A stretch of DNA of 32,000 nt from Psychrobacter sp. HD31 (lineage in GTDB: Bacteria > Pseudomonadota > Gammaproteobacteria > Pseudomonadales > Moraxellaceae). The DNA is taken from contig NZ_CP142525.1 in assembly GCF_051097895.1 (NCBI RefSeq), positions 1,500,001 to 1,532,000 on the forward strand, written 5' to 3'. Position numbers and translations under genes: made by a program. Positions 17,106 to 26,810 of the stretch are shown piece by piece. Under the pieces are notes generated by a model. That model searched no databases. It had not been told where the DNA came from and saw nothing but the letters and a program-made list of their open reading frames with translations. The stretch's first letter is position 1. Every line of letters starts with the position of its first letter.

Positions 17106-18320
17106 CTACCCTCTTTGCTTAATACGGTTATTTTTGTTGAACAAGCCAAAACGCACACGTTGGTTAATTCTACTTGCCCAATTAAGATACAGTGCAAAAG
17201 CTAATAAAAAGACAATCAGCAATGCATACATCCAAGCATCCACTTTACCTTCACTCACTGGCTTTTTGAGTGAGATAATACTTAATGCCACACTTACATA
17301 TAACAAAATAGCAGGGATTAAGCGTAACCATCTGCCCTGCCTTGGGCGTACTTGCGCCAGTGGCACTGCCATCATAGGTGCAAGGATAATTAACCATGGC
17401 AATGCAAAACGATAACCCAGCTCTGCCTGTGCTGCTAAGTTTGGTTTCGCCGTATTAGCTGTTGCTGCTGTCCAAATATCTTCTATCTTTTGTGTTTCTA
17501 TATTTTCTTTGCTAACTTTGTCTTCTTTTTTTTGTAGCAAAGTTATACGATAGCGTTCAAATCCAACTTGATTATATTTTAGGCTATCTGCACCAATTTC
17601 ATAGCGTCTGCCATTAAACAAGTCTAATTGTGTCTTACCAGACTCATCATCAGTTGCCACTTGTTGTGCGCTTTTTGCCAGTACGATGGTGTCTTTACTT
17701 GATAGTTGCTTTGGTAGAGTCGGTAAGTCTTTTAACGCTTCTGGTTGATTGGCTTCTGGGATTTTTTGTGCTTTGTTCTTATCTTTTGAAGTTTGAATCA
17801 ATATCACATTTTCTAATTGCGAGTTATCATCACTTAGGCTACCAACATACAAGTGGTAGTCCCCACTGCTTAAAAACTGCCCCGGTTTTACCAAATCAAA
17901 CGCACTCTGCATGGCTTGCTGTTGCCAAACATTGTCTGATTGTCTTACCCCCCAAGGTTTACCAACAATCGATAACCCAGCTTCTAACAAAAACAACACC
18001 AAAATTAAGGGTGCGACCAGTCTCGCCAAACGACCACGTGAGATACCACTGCCATTAATCACTGCCATCTCATGGTCAACATACAATCGACCAAACACCA
18101 GCATTAAGGCAATGAAAAAGGATAAAGGTAAAATCAGCTCCAAAAAATATGGCAAGTTATAGCCAATAATTTTAAACAGTAAACCAACATCCAGCCCGCC
18201 TTCGGCAGCAATACCAAAGTATCGTATTAAACGCCCACCAAGCAGCAAAAATACCAAAAACCCCAACACAATGGCTGTGCTGGAGGCTATTTGAGAGGTC
18301 ATATACCGACGTAAAATCAC
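17106..18320 (-). CDS. lptF: LPS export ABC transporter permease LptF
   Basis: 404 aa. N-terminal MILRRYM..GGRLIRYF and FFIALMLVFGRLYVDHEMAVINGSGIS motifs of the YjgP/YjgQ family, with a periplasmic beta-jellyroll insert. Confidence 0.9.
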   Translation of the reverse strand: MILRRYMTSQIASSTAIVLGFLVFLLLGGRLIRYFGIAAEGGLDVGLLFKIIGYNLPYFLELILPLSFFIALMLVFGRLYVDHEMAVINGSGISRGRLARLVAPLILVLFLLEAGLSIVGKPWGVRQSDNVWQQQAMQSAFDLVKPGQFLSSGDYHLYVGSLSDDNSQLENVILIQTSKDKNKAQKIPEANQPEALKDLPTLPKQLSSKDTIVLAKSAQQVATDDESGKTQLDLFNGRRYEIGADSLKYNQVGFERYRITLLQKKEDKVSKENIETQKIEDIWTAATANTAKPNLAAQAELGYRFALPWLIILAPMMAVPLAQVRPRQGRWLRLIPAILLYVSVALSIISLKKPVSEGKVDAWMYALLIVFLLAFALYLNWASRINQRVRFGLFNKNNRIKQRG

Positions 18321-18408
18321 TTTTATCAGCTCTATATTTTTAAGTTATTATTTACAATTGTTTAAACGATTTAGCATAGCATGTTTTTACCATTTTTTGC
18401 TGATAAAA
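18321..18408. repeat. 10-bp inverted repeat in the lptF/pepA divergent control region
   Basis: TTTTATCAGC (18321..18330) and GCTGATAAAA (18399..18408) are exact reverse complements separated by 68 nt. Confidence 0.3.
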
Positions 18409-18567
18409 ATGTAGATATTGTTAAATAAAACAACTCACATTATGCCTATTGCAATATGCTACACTAACCTTATATCTATAATACAGCGACTTAAAAACAG
18501 TGACTTAAAGTTTGGCTATGAACACCCAATCATTTATCTACATACAAAAGTAATAGGAAGACTAACA

Positions 18568-20103
18568 ATGAAACTAACGCTCACTCAAACATTACCAACC
18601 CTACAAGCAAAAAAACTACTTAAAAAACAAAGCCCAAAAGATTCTCATTGCTTAGTTGTATTGGTAGATAATGAATTAAATCTTATTGCAAGCGATACAC
18701 TAAAAACGCATAAAGATCGTATTAACCAATTAATTGAAGTGGCGCATTTTAAAGGCACTGTAGCAGAAACCCTTGCAGACTACGCATTAACCGAAAGCAA
18801 AAATAACCCCATTCAGCTATTAATTGTTGGTATTGGTAAAGCAAATAATTTAACTGCCAGTAATTTACAAAAAATTGGCAAAGCTATATATCAAAGCATG
18901 AGTAAACGTGTCGATGCCATTACGGTTGCACTTGGTAAAGCATTAACCGATGATCAGTTTGCACAATTTGCCAATGGGTTACTTAATGCAAGCTACCGTT
19001 TTAATAAATACAAGTCAGAAAGCCAAGCGCCTGTACTTGAAAAGATTTCTGTACTTGCCAGCAAAGACTACCAAGCAACCTTAGACTTTGCTAATGCCGT
19101 TTATTCAGGGCAAACTATGACTCGTAACGTCGCAAATGAGCCTGGCAATGTTTGCTATCCAGAATACATGGCAGACCAAGCCGAGCGACTAGCAGCAACT
19201 TACCCAAATCTTTTAAAAGTAAGGGTCGTTAACCAAAAACAAATGGAAGAGTTGGGCATGAACTGCTTTTTATCTGTTGCTAAAGGCTCAGATAGAGAAG
19301 GTAAACTGGTTATCTTGGAATATCATGGCAAATCAAAATTCACCACTCAAGATGGCAAAAAAGCCAAAAAACAAAAAGCTGAAGACGCCCCTATTGCACT
19401 GGTAGGTAAAGGGGTTACTTTTGACACGGGTGGTATTTCGTTAAAACCAGGTGCCGGCATGGGCGACATGAAGTTTGATATGGGCGGATCTGCATCCGTA
19501 CTTGGTACCATTAAAGCACTTTGTGAAGCCAAGCTGCCAATTAACGTTGTTGCTGCCTTAGCCCTTGCAGAAAACATGCCTTCTGCGCGTGCAACTCGCC
19601 CAGGCGATATTGTAAAATCTATGAGTGGTCAAACCGTAGAGATTTTAAATACAGATGCCGAGGGACGTTTGGTACTTTGTGACACCTTAACCTACATCCA
19701 ACGTTATAAGCCAAAAACAATTGTTGATGCAGCAACCTTAACAGGCGCTTGTGTCATTGCGCTTGGTAATGTTCGTTCTGCTGTATTTAGTAATGATGAA
19801 GACTTGTTGTTTGCCTTACAAAATGCCAGCGAACAAGCGGGGGATGCGATTTGGCACATGCCACTTGATGATGAATACCAAACTCAACTAGACTCGCCAA
19901 TTGCCGATATGCAAAATATTGGTGGGCGTGAGGCAGGCTCGGTAACCGCTGCGTGCTTCTTATCTCGTTTTATTGAAGAAGGTCAGGCTTGGGCGCACTT
20001 AGACATTGCTGGCACGGCGTGGATTTCTGGTAAACAAAAAGAAGCAACGGGTCGTCCTGTTCCACTATTTATGCAGTATCTAAAAAATGCAAGCAAAGCG
20101 TAA
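18568..20103 (+). CDS. pepA: Leucyl aminopeptidase (M17)
   Basis: M17 signatures VGKGVTFDTGGISLKP and NTDAEGRLVLCD. Start set at ATG 18568 (MKLTLTQ) with GGAAG upstream. The track ORF start at 18418 adds an implausible AT-rich extension. Confidence 0.9.
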   Translation: MKLTLTQTLPTLQAKKLLKKQSPKDSHCLVVLVDNELNLIASDTLKTHKDRINQLIEVAHFKGTVAETLADYALTESKNNPIQLLIVGIGKANNLTASNLQKIGKAIYQSMSKRVDAITVALGKALTDDQFAQFANGLLNASYRFNKYKSESQAPVLEKISVLASKDYQATLDFANAVYSGQTMTRNVANEPGNVCYPEYMADQAERLAATYPNLLKVRVVNQKQMEELGMNCFLSVAKGSDREGKLVILEYHGKSKFTTQDGKKAKKQKAEDAPIALVGKGVTFDTGGISLKPGAGMGDMKFDMGGSASVLGTIKALCEAKLPINVVAALALAENMPSARATRPGDIVKSMSGQTVEILNTDAEGRLVLCDTLTYIQRYKPKTIVDAATLTGACVIALGNVRSAVFSNDEDLLFALQNASEQAGDAIWHMPLDDEYQTQLDSPIADMQNIGGREAGSVTAACFLSRFIEEGQAWAHLDIAGTAWISGKQKEATGRPVPLFMQYLKNASKA

Positions 20104-20133
20104 TTTTGTAAAAGCACAGGGCTAAAATCAAAA

Positions 20134-20637
20134 ATGCAAATTAGCTTTTATGTTCTAAATAATAACAATAGCAAGGTATCTGAAACGGATGCCTTGCTCG
20201 ATTTTGTGTGCAGACTCACCCAAACCGTTTTAGAAAAAAGCGAGCAAACCTTAATCATTTTAGATGACAACACCAATAGGCTCAACCAATTAGATAAACA
20301 ACTTTGGGATTTATCTGCTACCAGCTTTTTGCCACACGATTTAATAATCAACAAAAAAAATGCTGACAGCATTGCACCTGTTATCCTAACTGATACGCTA
20401 CCAAATGGCTTTGATGGCGTGGTATTAAACCTTGCCAGCTCACCGCTTAATTTGGTTCATCCAAACACCAAAGCAAGCCAACCAGCAGAGCCAACATCTA
20501 ACGATAACCCGACACACCACCCAAGCAGACTGTTAGAGATTATCCCAGCAGATAGTGAACAAAAAGAAAAAGGACGTGCTAAATACAAGCACTACCAATC
20601 GCTTGGATTTAAATTAGACTACTTTCCTATTAAATAA
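20134..20637 (+). CDS. holC: DNA polymerase III chi subunit
   Basis: 167 aa. ISFYVL N-terminus, LWDL..SFLPH motif and a C-terminal YKHYQSLGF motif parallel E. coli HolC. The pepA-holC adjacency is conserved. Confidence 0.8.
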   Translation: MQISFYVLNNNNSKVSETDALLDFVCRLTQTVLEKSEQTLIILDDNTNRLNQLDKQLWDLSATSFLPHDLIINKKNADSIAPVILTDTLPNGFDGVVLNLASSPLNLVHPNTKASQPAEPTSNDNPTHHPSRLLEIIPADSEQKEKGRAKYKHYQSLGFKLDYFPIK

Positions 20638-20885
20638 ATGCCTTAATAGTCTGCCCACTATTAACTTTCTACCGTATTAGACTCACGCTAGGTATTATAT
20701 ATATCTTTGCTCATCAGCCGTGTAGCAAATTTAACGTGGCTTAACTATATTTATTGATTCGCTAAACAAAGCACCTGATTATAATTTTTCTTTCTAATAT
20801 TTTACAAAAGTGCTAGTATCTTTTTATTTTTTAACCCGTTGTCAGATTAAGAGGCAAAGTAAAATAGAAATAAGAGAGTAATAAT

Positions 20886-22088
20886 ATGAAAGCAATTGCA
20901 GAATTATATAGTCGTATTGGGCTGGTACCATTAATTACTGTGGGACTAATTATTGGGATATTAATAGGCTGGTTAGCACCAAGTATTGGGGTGTCTATTG
21001 GTATTTTGGGTACATTATTTGTTGGCGCATTAAAAGCTGTTGCCCCTATTTTAGTATTTATTTTGGTTATGGCTGCTGTTAGCCAACACCAAGCTGGTCA
21101 AGAAGTATTTGTTAAGCCTGTCCTCATCATGTACATCATTGGTACTTTTTTTGCCGCATTAACGGCTGTTGCTGCAAGTTTTATGTTCCCAACAGAGCTT
21201 GCCCTTGTTACTGGTGATATCCAACAAGTTCCGCCCGCAGGTTTAAAAGAAGTTGTCACCACACTGCTTATGAACCTAGTTGCCAACCCCATTAACGCAT
21301 TAGCCAACGCAAACTATATTGGTATTTTAGCTTGGGCATTAGTGATTGGCTTTTCACTTCGTCAAGCGGGCGAAACCACTCGTAAAGTCATTGGCGACTT
21401 TTCTGATGCGATTTCGCAAGTCGTAAAATGGGTTATTGCTTTAGCCCCATTGGGTATTATGGGTCTGGTTGCTAATACCATCGCCCAAACAGGTTTTGGG
21501 GCATTGTTAGGCTATGCTCGTATCCTTACCGTATTGGTTGGCTGTATGTTGTTTATTGCATTGATTGTTAACCCAATTATTGTATTTATCAAAACAGGCA
21601 AAAACCCGTATCCTTTAGTATTTACTTGTTTACGTGAGTCTGGTATCACTGCATTCTTTACACGCAGCTCTGCCGCTAATATCCCAGTAAACATGAACCT
21701 TGCTCGTAAGCTTGACCTACATGAAGATACTTACTCAGTTACTTTGCCACTGGGCGCTACTATCAATATGGCAGGCGCCGCAATTACCATTAATGTATTA
21801 ACCCTTGCTGCTGCTCACACAATGGGTATTCAGGTTGATTTTGGTTCTGCACTGTTACTTGCCATTGTTGCTTCTATTAGTGCTTGTGGAGCGTCTGGTG
21901 TTGCAGGCGGCTCTTTATTACTTATCCCTCTGGCATGTAGCTTGTTTAGCATTCCAAACGATATTGCCATGCAAGTTGTTGCTATTGGCTTTATTATTGG
22001 TGTGATTCAAGATTCTGCCGAGACCGCTTTAAATTCATCAACAGATGTATTGTTTACTGCTGCGGCAGATCCAAAATATTCACGATAA
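20886..22088 (+). CDS. sstT: Serine/threonine:sodium symporter (DAACS family)
   Basis: 400 aa polytopic protein. [17 protein letters not shown] and [10 protein letters not shown] motifs are as in SstT. Confidence 0.88.
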   Translation: MKAIAELYSRIGLVPLITVGLIIGILIGWLAPSIGVSIGILGTLFVGALKAVAPILVFILVMAAVSQHQAGQEVFVKPVLIMYIIGTFFAALTAVAASFMFPTELALVTGDIQQVPPAGLKEVVTTLLMNLVANPINALANANYIGILAWALVIGFSLRQAGETTRKVIGDFSDAISQVVKWVIALAPLGIMGLVANTIAQTGFGALLGYARILTVLVGCMLFIALIVNPIIVFIKTGKNPYPLVFTCLRESGITAFFTRSSAANIPVNMNLARKLDLHEDTYSVTLPLGATINMAGAAITINVLTLAAAHTMGIQVDFGSALLLAIVASISACGASGVAGGSLLLIPLACSLFSIPNDIAMQVVAIGFIIGVIQDSAETALNSSTDVLFTAAADPKYSR

Positions 22089-22112
22089 TATTTTAAAAAA
22101 TATCAAAAGCAT

Positions 22113-22153
22113 TAAAAAAAAGAAAGGTTGTTTTAAACAACCTTTCTTTTTTT
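22113..22153. terminator. Bidirectional rho-independent terminator between sstT and the decarboxylase gene
   Basis: AAAAAAAA-AGAAAGGTTGT-loop-ACAACCTTTCT-TTTTTTT, an 11-bp stem flanked by A- and T-runs. Confidence 0.85.
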
Positions 22154-22172
22154 GTGGGAGTCAAAGCCTGTT

Positions 22173-23348
22173 TTAATCAATATAAATTGTTTTTAAGGGT
22201 GGAAAGCCATTAAAATCAACCGACGAATACGACGTCGTATAAGCCCCCGTCGTTAACCAATACACCTTATCGCCAATGGCTAAATTTTGTGGTAATTGGT
22301 AACCAGCCTCTTCATACATAACATCTGTAGAATCACAGGTAGGACCTGCTAACACAACCGTGCCAGACTCTGTAGCTGTTTCCATTTTAGGCGTATAAAC
22401 AGGGTACTTAATCGCCTCTCCTAAGGTTTCTATCAATCCACCAAACAAGCCAACATCCGTATATACCCAGCGGGTTAAATCTGTGCGTGATTTGCGAGAG
22501 ATAAGCACAACCTCAGAAACCAATACACCTGAGCCACCAACCAGTGCTCTTCCTGGTTCTACAATAATCTGGGGCATCTCCTCATCAGGATAATCTTCTT
22601 GTAAATAGCGGTGAATTTCTTCGGCATAGACCCCAATGGGGTTAACTTCACTCAAGTAATTAGCAGGCATACCACCCCCAATATTAATCATCTTAATTTT
22701 GATGCCTTCTTCATACTTCATCCAGTCAAACATATATTTAACTTTAGATAAAGCATCATCCCATGCCGCAACATCTTTTTGCTGGCTCCCTACATGAAAT
22801 GAGATGCCATAAGGTTCTAAACCTAATTGTTTCGCCTGAACCAATAAATCAATGGCCATATCTGGATGGCAACCAAATTTGCGTGATAACGGCCAGTCTG
22901 CCGTATCAGCACCCTGCACCAAAATACGCACAAATATTTTAGCGTTAGGGGCATATTTGGCAATGTTTTTTAGGTCTGCCTTGGAGTCTGTGGCAAACAA
23001 ACGTATCCCTTTTTCATAGGCATACTTAACATCTTCTGCCTTTTTAATGGTATTACCATAAGATATACGCGCTGGTGCAATGCCACAATCTAAAACTTTA
23101 TCAATTTCATATATCGAGGCACAATCAAAGTTTGAACCAAGCTCTGCCAATAAGTCGATTACCTCTACCGCTGGGCAAGCTTTCATTGCATAATAAATAT
23201 TAGCGTAGGAGAAAAAGGCAGCTAACTCTTTATATTTAGCCTTAATACGACTCAAATCTACAATGACACACGGCGTTTGGGTTGTCTCACTTGCTTTAGT
23301 AAATTTTTGCCACTGCGATTGGTCAAAATAGCTGTCAATTTTAATCAT
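22173..23348 (-). CDS. Ornithine (or lysine/ornithine) decarboxylase, alanine-racemase-fold PLP enzyme (group IV)
   Basis: 391 aa. PLP-Lys motif YAMKAC, HVGSQ, GGGMP, EPGRALV and GPTCDSTD, as in eukaryote-like ODC rather than LysA. Substrate not certain. Confidence 0.75.
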   Translation of the reverse strand: MIKIDSYFDQSQWQKFTKASETTQTPCVIVDLSRIKAKYKELAAFFSYANIYYAMKACPAVEVIDLLAELGSNFDCASIYEIDKVLDCGIAPARISYGNTIKKAEDVKYAYEKGIRLFATDSKADLKNIAKYAPNAKIFVRILVQGADTADWPLSRKFGCHPDMAIDLLVQAKQLGLEPYGISFHVGSQQKDVAAWDDALSKVKYMFDWMKYEEGIKIKMINIGGGMPANYLSEVNPIGVYAEEIHRYLQEDYPDEEMPQIIVEPGRALVGGSGVLVSEVVLISRKSRTDLTRWVYTDVGLFGGLIETLGEAIKYPVYTPKMETATESGTVVLAGPTCDSTDVMYEEAGYQLPQNLAIGDKVYWLTTGAYTTSYSSVDFNGFPPLKTIYID

Positions 23349-23448
23349 AAAAAATCCTTTGGGTACATAAAAAGTAATTAAAATTAAACGGATAATAAAA
23401 TAGCAGTTTTCGAGCTATCGATTAAGCTGTATGAAACACTTCAAGCTC

Positions 23449-23487
23449 AAAAAATTAGAGCTTAGCTACTATTTATTCGCTAAGCTC
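23449..23487 (-). terminator. Putative terminator after def
   Basis: GAGCTTAGC (23458..23466) pairs with GCTAAGCTC (23479..23487) around a 12-nt loop. On the minus strand the hairpin is followed by TAATTTTTT. Confidence 0.5.
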
Positions 23488-23554
23488 TAAAAAAGTGTAT
23501 ATTAAATAATGTTTTTAAAAAGTGCTACAAAAATTTGATAAAATCCATACGATT

Positions 23555-24073
23555 TTATGCTTTTGCTTTTTCCATTTGTTTAACGGCTTTACGCACCTTG
23601 TCTCTGGCACGCGATTGCTTTAAGTTAGATAAATAATCAACAAACAAAACACCATTTAGGTGGTCCATTTCGTGTTGGATACAAACAGCCAGCAAGCCTT
23701 CAGCAATCTCTTCAAAGGCATTTCCTTCTTCATCCAATGCTTCTATTTTAACTTTTGTTGGGCGTTCTACCGAATCATACACGGTTGGCACAGATAAGCA
23801 GCCCTCTTCATAAGGTTGTTTTTCTTCTACCAATGGGGTTACTTTTGGATTAATGAAAACACGTCGGCTATCACCGTTTTCTGACAAGTCCATGACAATC
23901 AGCTGAATATGCTGGTTAACTTGCGTTGCTGCTAACCCAATACCTTTTGCATGGTACATGGTTTCAGTCATGTCGCTAATCAGTGTTTTTATTTTATCAT
24001 TAACTTGTTGTACCGGTTCAGCAATGGTACGAAGCCTTGGATCTGGATAGCTTAAAATTGGTAAAATGGCCAT
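23555..24073 (-). CDS. def: Peptide deformylase
   Basis: All three motifs are present: [13 protein letters not shown] and HEMDH. Start set at ATG 24073 ([15 protein letters not shown]); the track ORF extends to 24124. Confidence 0.95.
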   Translation of the reverse strand: MAILPILSYPDPRLRTIAEPVQQVNDKIKTLISDMTETMYHAKGIGLAATQVNQHIQLIVMDLSENGDSRRVFINPKVTPLVEEKQPYEEGCLSVPTVYDSVERPTKVKIEALDEEGNAFEEIAEGLLAVCIQHEMDHLNGVLFVDYLSNLKQSRARDKVRKAVKQMEKAKA

Positions 24074-24103
24074 AAAATAATATCCCAAAAAATACGTACT
24101 AAT

Positions 24104-24112
24104 ATTATAACA
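24104..24112 (-). promoter_or_regulatory. Extended -10 promoter element (TGTTATAAT) upstream of def
   Basis: The minus strand reads tttgTTATAATattag about 30 nt upstream of the def ATG and downstream of the glsB-family terminator. Confidence 0.4.
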
Positions 24113-24140
24113 AATATTAGCCAAAACATTTGCAGCTCAA

Positions 24141-24181
24141 ATAAAAAACCGCCATACCTAAAACACCCTAGGCATAACGGT
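24141..24181 (-). terminator. Rho-independent terminator after the GlsB/YeaQ/YmgE-family gene
   Basis: Minus strand: ACCGTTATGCCTA-gggtgtt-TAGGTATGGCGGT (13-bp stem including three G-U pairs) followed by TTTTTTATTT. Confidence 0.75.
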
Positions 24182-24209
24182 CATTATTTATTGAGTCACT
24201 TAAACCTGT

Positions 24210-24455
24210 TTAGCGGTTTTTGCCGGTTATTAATTCATAAATAAATAACAAGATAATGGCGCCAACTACCGAAATAGCCAGACCCATAAAACCACCTTCT
24301 GCAGACAAACCAAGCGTGGTTGCTAATTTGCCGCCAACAAAGGCACCAGCGATACCAAGGATGATTGTCATAATCCATCCCATACCATCTGCACCTGGTT
24401 TAAGAAAACGAGCTAATATACCAACGATAAGACCTGAGAAAATAGAACCAATCAT
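24210..24455 (-). CDS. GlsB/YeaQ/YmgE family (transglycosylase-associated) small membrane protein
   Basis: 81 aa, Gly-rich with three hydrophobic segments ([26 protein letters not shown]). AGGAG RBS upstream. Confidence 0.8.
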   Translation of the reverse strand: MIGSIFSGLIVGILARFLKPGADGMGWIMTIILGIAGAFVGGKLATTLGLSAEGGFMGLAISVVGAIILLFIYELITGKNR

Positions 24456-24572
24456 AATACGCTCCTATATTTTTTTAGATATTTAAAACAAGTGTAAACT
24501 AAATAGTTCCATTTGTATAATTTAATACTGTAACTATTGTAGTGCATGTGTATCTTTAACACGATAAGCAAT

Positions 24573-24601
24573 AAAAAAACCCCAAACTAAAACGCTTGGG
24601 G
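24573..24601 (-). terminator. Rho-independent terminator after tRNA-Phe
   Basis: Minus strand: CCCCAA-gcgttttagt-TTGGGG followed by TTTTTTT. Confidence 0.65.
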
Positions 24602-24624
24602 TTATTAAAACTGTACGATATAAA

Positions 24625-24700
24625 TGGTGGCTCGAGGCAGGATCGAACTGCCGACACACGGATTTTCAATCCGTTGCTCTACCGACTGAGCTATCGAGCC
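24625..24700 (-). tRNA. tRNA-Phe (anticodon GAA), CCA encoded
   Basis: The minus strand reads GGCTCGATAGCTCAGTCGGTAGAGCAACGGATTGAAAATCCGTGTGTCGGCAGTTCGATCCTGCCTCGAGCCACCA. It folds by hand into a 76-nt cloverleaf: acceptor GGCTCGA/TCGAGCC, D arm GCTC/GAGC, anticodon stem ACGGA/TCCGT with loop TTGAAAA, and T arm GGCAG-TTCGATC-CTGCC. Confidence 0.97.
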
Positions 24701-24739
24701 ATTTTGCTTTTAAATAAAGCATATATCGTTGAGGTGCGT

Positions 24740-24768
24740 ATTAAACTAAAAATCCTTGTTAGTGTCAA
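24740..24768 (-). promoter_or_regulatory. Sigma70-type promoter for tRNA-Phe
   Basis: Minus strand: perfect -35 TTGACA (24768..24763), a 17-nt spacer and -10 TTTAAT (24745..24740), followed by a GC-rich discriminator (cgcacc) about 40 nt upstream of the mature tRNA 5' end. Confidence 0.55.
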
Positions 24769-24814
24769 GTCTTTTTGGCATTATTTTTAAATTTATCGCA
24801 ACTTTTACCAAAAA

Positions 24815-25249
24815 TCACCCATAAACCGCTTCTAACAAGGTTTTTATTTGGGTATTTTGTGAGGTTAGTTGATCTGTCCCTATCATTGATTCGGCTTTGA
24901 CCACTTGCCTTATAAATTGCGGCTCAATACCTCTGTTTTGATTTTGGGCATGCATCGCAAGGTATTCTAAGCATTTACCTTGACTATTTTTATCGACAAA
25001 ACAAGCGACGGCACAAATGGGTTTATCATTAAACATACCCACATACAGGCTACCCCGCCCACTTGCAAAGCTATCCGACAAAACTGCCATCACTTCATCC
25101 GCTGTTTTGCTCAAACGGTGATGCTTATCTTGATTTAATCCCATATCCTGATATAAAGCATGGATACGCGCTTTAAACTCACCCTCGTAGTTGACTTCAC
25201 GCATAAGCTGTGTGTCAAAGTCGTTTATTGCAATGGCTTCTAATGGCAT
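24815..25249 (-). CDS. Small GNAT-fold / PanZ-like acetyltransferase-family protein (tentative)
   Basis: 144 aa. The LYVGMFNDKPICAVACFV..CLEYLAMHAQNQNRGIEPQFIRQVV segment resembles the beta4-alpha3 core of small GNAT proteins (compare my recollection of E. coli PanZ: IYAARFNERLLAAVRV..LRVREVTRRRGVGQYLLEEV), but the acetyl-CoA loop is degenerate. Confidence 0.4.
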   Translation of the reverse strand: MPLEAIAINDFDTQLMREVNYEGEFKARIHALYQDMGLNQDKHHRLSKTADEVMAVLSDSFASGRGSLYVGMFNDKPICAVACFVDKNSQGKCLEYLAMHAQNQNRGIEPQFIRQVVKAESMIGTDQLTSQNTQIKTLLEAVYG

Positions 25250-25397
25250 GTTTGTTCCTACAAAGTTTTACAAATGATGATGCTAATATGACTATTTTAG
25301 CAAAAAAATGAGTGGCATAAAGCAAATACAATGGTTTGTGTACCCTGAGTTTGATAATATATGCCTATTAATAAAGTTTTTAGGAAATTTTTAATAT

Positions 25398-26021
25398 ATG
25401 AGCCAATCAGCCAATTCTTCTACTCAAAAGGCAACTCGCACTGCAACAGTAGAACGCAACACTGCCGAAACTAAAATTAAAGTGTCAATCAACCTAGACG
25501 GTACAGGCGTTGGCACGCTAGATACAGGCGTGCCGTTTCTTGACCACATGCTAGAGCAGATTAAACGCCACGGCTTGATTGACTTAGATGTAAAATGCGA
25601 CGGAGACACCCACATTGATGACCACCACAGTGTGGAAGATGTTGGCATCACTATTGGTCAGGCATTTGCACAAGCCATTGGCGACAAAAAAGGCATTAAA
25701 CGTTATGGACATTTTTATGCGCCTTTAGATGAGTCGCTATCTCGTGTTGTTGTTGATATTTCTGGTCGTCCTGGTTTACACATGAATATCCCATTTACAC
25801 GCTCACACATTGGCAGCTTTGATGTCGACTTATTTAGCGAGTTTTTTTATGGTTTTGTAAACCATGCGTGGGTAACTTTGCATATAGATAACCTAAAAGG
25901 TGTCAATAGCCATCACCAAATTGAAAGCGTGTTTAAAGCATTGGCTCGTGCGCTGCGTATGGCGGTTGAATATGACGAGCGTGCATTAAACCAATTGCCT
26001 TCAACCAAAGAAGCATTGTAA
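25398..26021 (+). CDS. hisB: Imidazoleglycerol-phosphate dehydratase (monofunctional)
   Basis: 207 aa. IGPD motifs [20 protein letters not shown] and [15 protein letters not shown]. There is no HisB-N phosphatase domain. Confidence 0.95.
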   Translation: MSQSANSSTQKATRTATVERNTAETKIKVSINLDGTGVGTLDTGVPFLDHMLEQIKRHGLIDLDVKCDGDTHIDDHHSVEDVGITIGQAFAQAIGDKKGIKRYGHFYAPLDESLSRVVVDISGRPGLHMNIPFTRSHIGSFDVDLFSEFFYGFVNHAWVTLHIDNLKGVNSHHQIESVFKALARALRMAVEYDERALNQLPSTKEAL

Positions 26022-26139
26022 TTGATAGCCCTCACTCAACTCACTTGCCCAACGTATGACGTAAGGGCGAATAGCTGAGCTGGCATAGCAGGATACGTTA
26101 GTAAGTTCTGCACGCATGGTAAAAAATTAAGAGAAAAAA

Positions 26140-26775
26140 ATGACAAAAGTAGCACTACTTGACTACGGCATGGGTAACCTACACTCGGCGGCTAAAGCAT
26201 TATCAACCGTTGGAGCTGATGTTGTATTAACAAACGACCCAAAAAAAATTGATCGTTGCGACAAAATACTTTTCCCGGGTGTGGGAGCAATGCGCGATTG
26301 CATGCGTGGCATGACCGAAGCAGGCATTGATGAAGTTGTAAAACAAGCGGTTTTTAACAAGCCAGTTATGGCAATTTGTGTTGGTATGCAAGCGTTGTTT
26401 GAGCATGCTGAAGAAAATAACGGTGTGGACTGTTTGGGCATTTTGGCTGGTAATGTTGTTAAATTTGACGACAACCTAACCGATGCCAATGGCGATAAAA
26501 TCAAAATCCCACACATGGGCTGGAACACGCAAACCAATATGGAGTTGTCACACCCGCTATGGCGTGGCATTGATGACCACACCCATTTTTATTTTGTACA
26601 CAGCTTTTATTGCGAGCCAACGGATAAAAACATTGTGGCAGGCAGTTGCGACTATGGCACGCCTTTTTGCTCTAGTGTTATTAAAGACAATTTATTTGCT
26701 ACCCAGTTCCACCCCGAAAAAAGCCACACCGCAGGCCTACAGGTGTTAAAAAACTTTGTTGAGTGGGATATTTAA
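26140..26775 (+). CDS. hisH: Imidazole glycerol phosphate synthase, glutamine amidotransferase subunit
   Basis: 211 aa. Class I GATase triad context (AICVGMQ Cys, FHPEKS His/Glu) and [12 protein letters not shown]-terminus. Confidence 0.95.
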   Translation: MTKVALLDYGMGNLHSAAKALSTVGADVVLTNDPKKIDRCDKILFPGVGAMRDCMRGMTEAGIDEVVKQAVFNKPVMAICVGMQALFEHAEENNGVDCLGILAGNVVKFDDNLTDANGDKIKIPHMGWNTQTNMELSHPLWRGIDDHTHFYFVHSFYCEPTDKNIVAGSCDYGTPFCSSVIKDNLFATQFHPEKSHTAGLQVLKNFVEWDI

Positions 26776-26810
26776 AAGGTCGATTTGTAAAAGGCAATTA
26801 ACCTAAAAAG

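Noticed and set aside
20643-20664. 8-bp AT-rich hairpin (TTAATAGT-ctgccc-ACTATTAA) just after holC
   Set aside because: No T-run follows and the stem is weak and AT-only. It is insufficient to call a terminator or regulatory element.
24573-24814. tRNA-Phe as a possible genomic-island integration site
   Set aside because: There is no integrase, and no direct repeat of the tRNA 3' end in the intergenic regions I read. The genes on the 3' side (glsB-family, def, decarboxylase, sstT) are core-like with host-like composition. A full repeat search of the window was not possible by eye.
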